Below, piece after piece: positions 60,658 through 64,000 of a stretch of DNA of 64,000 bases (positions are counted from its first letter, which is position 1; the number at the start of each line of letters is the position of its first letter). Where the stretch lies: IMG/VR virus record IMGVR_UViG_3300045988_110999; one strand, written 5' to 3'. The stretch comes from a virus. The notes under the pieces were generated by a model. It had not been told where the DNA came from, ran no database searches, and worked only from the letters and a program-made list of their open reading frames with translations. A program made the translations under genes and the position numbers.

Positions 60658-61128
60658 TTATTCCCCTTCGTCATTTGTATATTTAATCACTTCTGCTGGG
60701 ATATTTCCGGAGACTGTCATTCTACTGTTTTCCGGAAGGCTCCAACCTTTGTAATCGTTGATAAAGTATTGGTAAGAGGCGTGCTTCCCAGTGTAAATCT
60801 TTAATTCTGTGATTATATTATTGTCTTCTAATTCTTTCAGGGCTTTTCTGGCAGTCTTATTCGCACACCCATACATTTTTGCGATTGATGTCTGGCCATA
60901 TAGACATACCCTTGTCGGCAAAAATCTATTGAACAGAATGAACGAAAATATTCCCTTAGCCGCACTTGATAAGCCGGATTCATACAAGTTTCTTATCATT
61001 CCACAATCATACTTAAATTCGTCTTTGGGTGCATCTACAGAGATATACCAAGAAAATTTCTCTCCACCTCCATTGGTTACCCAAAGATCAACCCATTTAT
61101 CTTTTTTGTAAACCTTGATTTCGCTCAT
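60658..61128 (-). CDS. Winged-helix DNA-binding protein (candidate replication initiator/organiser)
   Basis: ATG at 61128 overlaps the upstream stop (ATGA). QTSIAKMYGCANKTARKALKELEDNNII is a wHTH. It is adjacent to the iteron region. Confidence 0.5.
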   Translation of the reverse strand: MSEIKVYKKDKWVDLWVTNGGGEKFSWYISVDAPKDEFKYDCGMIRNLYESGLSSAAKGIFSFILFNRFLPTRVCLYGQTSIAKMYGCANKTARKALKELEDNNIITELKIYTGKHASYQYFINDYKGWSLPENSRMTVSGNIPAEVIKYTNDEGE

Positions 61129-61385
61129 AAAGCTCTCCTCCATTTCGTTGTTCCTACGAATGTCCTATTCTCTACCAGCCCTTTTGCTTCGAGCCGGTCC
61201 AATGCTCTTGTTATCGTCCTTGCCGAAAGGAACGGTATCTTACGGTTAATATCTCCAATGGACATGCGAGCGAACCGGTGCCCCTCGAAAGGGACACCTT
61301 TCACTTCGCACTGCTTACGAATGACCGAATGGACAATAGCCGCGCTTACGCCTACTTTCTGGCAAAGTCTTACGTCTAACTCCAT
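61125..61385 (-). CDS. Small winged-helix DNA-binding protein
   Basis: MSIGDINRKIPFLSARTITRALDRLEAKGLVE is a MarR/DnaD-like wHTH. Confidence 0.55.
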   Translation of the reverse strand: MELDVRLCQKVGVSAAIVHSVIRKQCEVKGVPFEGHRFARMSIGDINRKIPFLSARTITRALDRLEAKGLVENRTFVGTTKWRRAL

Positions 61386-61395
61386 AGGCTACCTC

Positions 61396-62145
61396 CTAAG
61401 CCGGTTCATCATACATAGCCGCCTGCTGGTCAGCCAGCACTTTCGCTGCGGCGTTCTTGACTTCTTCCGAGAATCTGGACTTATTGACTACCCAAGTCAG
61501 ATAACCGAAGTCCGTGACCGAAGACACCGGTTTGCCTGCGTACTTCGTGTTCGGCGGCATCATGACTTCCCCATTCGAGGAGGCCTGCGGCCGAGGTTCT
61601 TCATAAGAAGCTTCCCGATGGTACGACTGTCTCGGTTCCGGTTCGTCCTGAACGGTGCCTTCCGGTAAAGCCCAGTTCGGGAGTTTCGGACGTTCTGTGA
61701 AGTTACCCCACTGGTCGATAGGGACCCACTGGCGAGGCAGGTTGTACAAGTAACGGCCAATACCGAAAGCAGAAGCGACACGACGCATAGCTCCGGTGAT
61801 ACCACCTTTGAACGGGCTGAAGTCTGTGCAGTTAGCCCCATCCATTCTCGATACATCACCATCCGGTAAGTGCAACGTCATCTTGGCCAAGAAACCTTTG
61901 ATGATATAGGTCTCTTCCCCTTTATACGTCGTCCGGGTCGCTGTACCCATATCAGCTGGGATGTATTCGACTTCCCATTTATCGGGGCCTACTACTTCAT
62001 CAAGACGTTCCATGACCGCCCGGGAGCTGATGTAAGCCATGGCTTCGGCTTTGCTCTTGTCCTTGCTCTTGCGTCCGATAACCCACATAACTTCTTCCGG
62101 TTTGAACGGAGCTTTCAATGCTTCCATAATTTCTGTGTTTGTCAT
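61396..62145 (-). CDS. Rad52/Sak-family single-strand annealing protein
   Basis: FKPEEVMWV...AYISSRAVMERLDEVVGPDKWEVEY...KGGITGAMRRVASAFGIGRYLY is the Rad52_Rad22 signature. Confidence 0.8.
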   Translation of the reverse strand: MTNTEIMEALKAPFKPEEVMWVIGRKSKDKSKAEAMAYISSRAVMERLDEVVGPDKWEVEYIPADMGTATRTTYKGEETYIIKGFLAKMTLHLPDGDVSRMDGANCTDFSPFKGGITGAMRRVASAFGIGRYLYNLPRQWVPIDQWGNFTERPKLPNWALPEGTVQDEPEPRQSYHREASYEEPRPQASSNGEVMMPPNTKYAGKPVSSVTDFGYLTWVVNKSRFSEEVKNAAAKVLADQQAAMYDEPA

Positions 62146-62203
62146 AATGATTCCTCCTGTTAAAAATCACCTTAAGTGAGTATTCAAGGGTAAATGAAGT
62201 CCC

Positions 62204-62386
62204 TCAGTGGGACTTATAGTCGAAGTGGTGAGCTTTCGAGATTTTACCCTCCCATTTGTCGCCCCAGCCTTCGGCTTCTTCAATCAACTCGTCTAAGAGC
62301 TGATATGCCTCTTTCCGGGTGTCCACGGTATAGTGTTCCGGGAAAGTCTTTCCCGACATTCTGAACTCCACAATGTATTGGTCCAT
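62204..62386 (-). CDS. Hypothetical protein
   Basis: 60-aa ORF coupled (TAATG) to the upstream HTH gene. Confidence 0.5.
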   Translation of the reverse strand: MDQYIVEFRMSGKTFPEHYTVDTRKEAYQLLDELIEEAEGWGDKWEGKISKAHHFDYKSH

Positions 62387-62559
62387 TATATTTCCCTCCC
62401 TGAGATGAATTCTTCAACGTCTTCCTTCCTGAACCGAAGGACCCTTTGGGAGATTCTAATACACGGAAGTTCCTTCTTGTCCACCAGCCGCCTTACCTGC
62501 TGGTCTGAAATATTGAGGTACTCAGCGACCTCTTTCGTCTTGAGAAGTATGGGGCTCAC
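62386..62559 (-). CDS. Excisionase-type (MerR-like) HTH protein
   Basis: GTG at 62559. MSPILLKTKEVAEYLNISDQQVRRLVDKKELPCIRISQRVLRFRKEDVEEFISGREI matches the excisionase-family HTH pattern. 57 aa, below the ORF-track cut-off. Confidence 0.65.
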   Translation of the reverse strand: MSPILLKTKEVAEYLNISDQQVRRLVDKKELPCIRISQRVLRFRKEDVEEFISGREI

Positions 62560-62582
62560 CTCCTAACTCACTTCCTGTGATT

Positions 62583-62611
62583 ATTATACTACATGTAAGT
62601 GAGTATGTCAA
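62583..62611 (-). promoter_or_regulatory. Consensus sigma70 promoter with the TACTCACTT spacer driving the xis-like/replication operon
   Basis: The minus strand reads TTGACA-tactcacttacatgtag(17)-TATAAT. Confidence 0.75.
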
Positions 62612-62660
62612 ATTGACTATACTAACTTTTTGTGATTTTCTCCCTGTTGTTTTCATTATA

Positions 62661-62678
62661 ATAGAACGCATGTTCTAT
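62661..62678. promoter_or_regulatory. Inverted repeat ATAGAAC-gcat-GTTCTAT between the divergent promoters (candidate operator)
   Basis: Seen directly. It lies between the minus-strand promoter and the integrase promoter. Confidence 0.35.
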
Positions 62679-62689
62679 GTCAAGCCATT

Positions 62690-62718
62690 TTGTCATCTAC
62701 CGCGTCATTGCATATAAT
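62690..62718 (+). promoter_or_regulatory. Sigma70-type promoter for the integrase gene
   Basis: TTGTCA-tctaccgcgtcattgca(17)-TATAAT, 30 nt upstream of the int ATG. Confidence 0.65.
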
Positions 62719-62747
62719 GTTATAATAAACACAAGAGGTGAGTATGA

Positions 62748-63866
62748 ATGGCACGAAAGAGAAGCAACGGAGAAGGAACCGTATATGTAAGGAAAGATGG
62801 GACTTATTGCGCCCAAGAGACGATAGACAAGAAACGAATCACCGCCTATGGAAAGAACAAGACCGAGGCATTAGCCAAGCTCAAGAAGAAGATAAAGGAT
62901 AAAATGACCGCTGGCGAAGTTATCTCCTCCAACAAGGATATAACAGTAGCCCAATATCTACCTTATTATGTAAGTGGAATTCCACTCACTAACAAAAGCA
63001 CTAAGGAAAATTATGGTTCTATTCAACGCAGAATCGCGTCACTAACTGGAGAATTAAAATTATCAAAAGTCACGAACTCCACTCTAAATAGTTTCGCAGT
63101 CAATATGAAAAGCCTAGAATATGCAGACAGCACAATCCACTCAACCGTAAAATTCTATATGAGAGCTTTAAAACAGGCTCAGAGAGAAGGTTACATAAGT
63201 CAGAACATAAACCTTGATTACATCGCCCATCGCAAACAGAAACCATACATACTCCCTAAAGTCAATGATGTTATAAAGTCTTTGAAAGAGATTCGCCCCA
63301 TTGGTATGAGATACTTAGGTTTATTTTGCTTATATACAGGCCTTAGACGGGGAGAGTTGATCGGATTAAAATGGAAAGACATTGATGAAGAGAAGGGAAT
63401 TATTACGGTTAAAAGAAATTACACCTGTGAGGTATCATCCCACCGGCTATACATAAAGTCTCCAAAGAATGGATTGGCTGGGCAGATAGTACAAATACCT
63501 GACGATGGAATGAAGTTGCTTACGTTCCTCAAAGAGGAGTATAAGAAAGCAAACATTCATAGTGAATTTGTTTTCTGTGACAAAAACGGGAGACACCTTC
63601 GTCCGGATAGTGTAACAGCTACACTCCACCGGGCCATGTTACGGGTGTCTCCCAAGGGGTCGGTTCATATATTAAGGCATCTTCATGCCACGATTTTAGC
63701 AAAAGAAGGGGTTCCTTTACGGACTATTTCAAAGCAGCTAAGGCACTCGTCTATCGTTACAACGTCTATCTACATTAACGCTATGGAAAACGAAGTCTAC
63801 GACGAAATTAAAGGGGTCTCTTTACCCGGTTGCAGTAGTGTTGCAGTAGACCATAAAGAAAAATGA
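62748..63866 (+). CDS. int: Tyrosine recombinase (phage integrase)
   Basis: SAM-like N-domain plus catalytic-domain motifs: LYTGLRRGELIGLKW (Arg I), HILRHLHATILAKEG (HxxR), LRHSSIVTTSIYIN (His/Tyr). Confidence 0.9.
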   Translation: MARKRSNGEGTVYVRKDGTYCAQETIDKKRITAYGKNKTEALAKLKKKIKDKMTAGEVISSNKDITVAQYLPYYVSGIPLTNKSTKENYGSIQRRIASLTGELKLSKVTNSTLNSFAVNMKSLEYADSTIHSTVKFYMRALKQAQREGYISQNINLDYIAHRKQKPYILPKVNDVIKSLKEIRPIGMRYLGLFCLYTGLRRGELIGLKWKDIDEEKGIITVKRNYTCEVSSHRLYIKSPKNGLAGQIVQIPDDGMKLLTFLKEEYKKANIHSEFVFCDKNGRHLRPDSVTATLHRAMLRVSPKGSVHILRHLHATILAKEGVPLRTISKQLRHSSIVTTSIYINAMENEVYDEIKGVSLPGCSSVAVDHKEK

Positions 63867-64000
63867 GGTATGGAGCGGGTTTTCAGTGCTTTATTGCAAT
63901 AATTGCAATATTACGAATATCTTTGCGTTCCATCTAATGTCCTCTCTCTCATTAACAAATATTAGGTTATAACTAGGTTATTTTACCACATTAGCATCAT

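Noticed and set aside
62159-62187. The motif copy upstream of the Rad52-like gene as a functional promoter
   Set aside because: The -10 candidate (TTTAAC) is poor. A start here would lie on top of the SD, only about 14 nt from the ATG. It may be an operator only.
62733-62745. GGTGAGTAT before the int ATG (and the same string at 27667-27683) as extra copies of the promoter-spacer motif
   Set aside because: In both places the string is positioned as a Shine-Dalgarno (GAGGTGA) context a few nt from a start codon. There are no flanking -35/-10 hexamers.

Overview
The window is almost entirely a tailed-phage genome, probably temperate or integrated, from a host that uses strong GGAGG Shine-Dalgarno sites and TTGACA/TATAAT promoters. 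There are four transcription blocks. (i) 1-37353, minus strand: the 5' part of dnaE, a lysis cassette (holin, GH25 endolysin, coiled-coil membrane proteins), a 2679-aa virion/ejection-type giant protein, two peptidoglycan-hydrolase paralogs, tail-fibre and neck genes, major capsid, scaffold, portal, a RemA-like gene, a 4-tRNA array and terL. (ii) 38393-47284, plus strand: small early/accessory genes, including a Zn-ribbon-amidoligase plus Ntn-amidotransferase pair, five tandem Cys-rich paralogs, a Rha/KilAC antirepressor and a small SNF2 helicase. (iii) 47305-62559, minus strand: a terS-like gene, a sigma-like factor, nucleotide metabolism (ThyX-like, nrdD, thioredoxin-like, nrdG, dut), two DUF2829 (Tad2-like) genes, nucleases, primase-helicase, an iteron-rich ori-like gap, wHTH initiator-like genes, a Rad52-like annealase and an excisionase-like HTH. 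(iv) 62748-63866, plus strand: a tyrosine integrase. Three essential genes carry self-splicing elements: a group I intron in nrdD, a class-3 LAGLIDADG intein in the terL P-loop, and an intein in dnaE. The most unusual sequence is two long, ORF-free, hairpin-dense segments flanking terL. One (34219-34896) abuts the tRNA array, and the other (about 37510-38340) follows a phage promoter. Both are candidate large structured ncRNAs that I cannot assign to a family without a covariance-model search. I saw no rRNA, CRISPR array or transposase. Many ORF-track entries are antisense or alternative-frame artefacts inside real genes.
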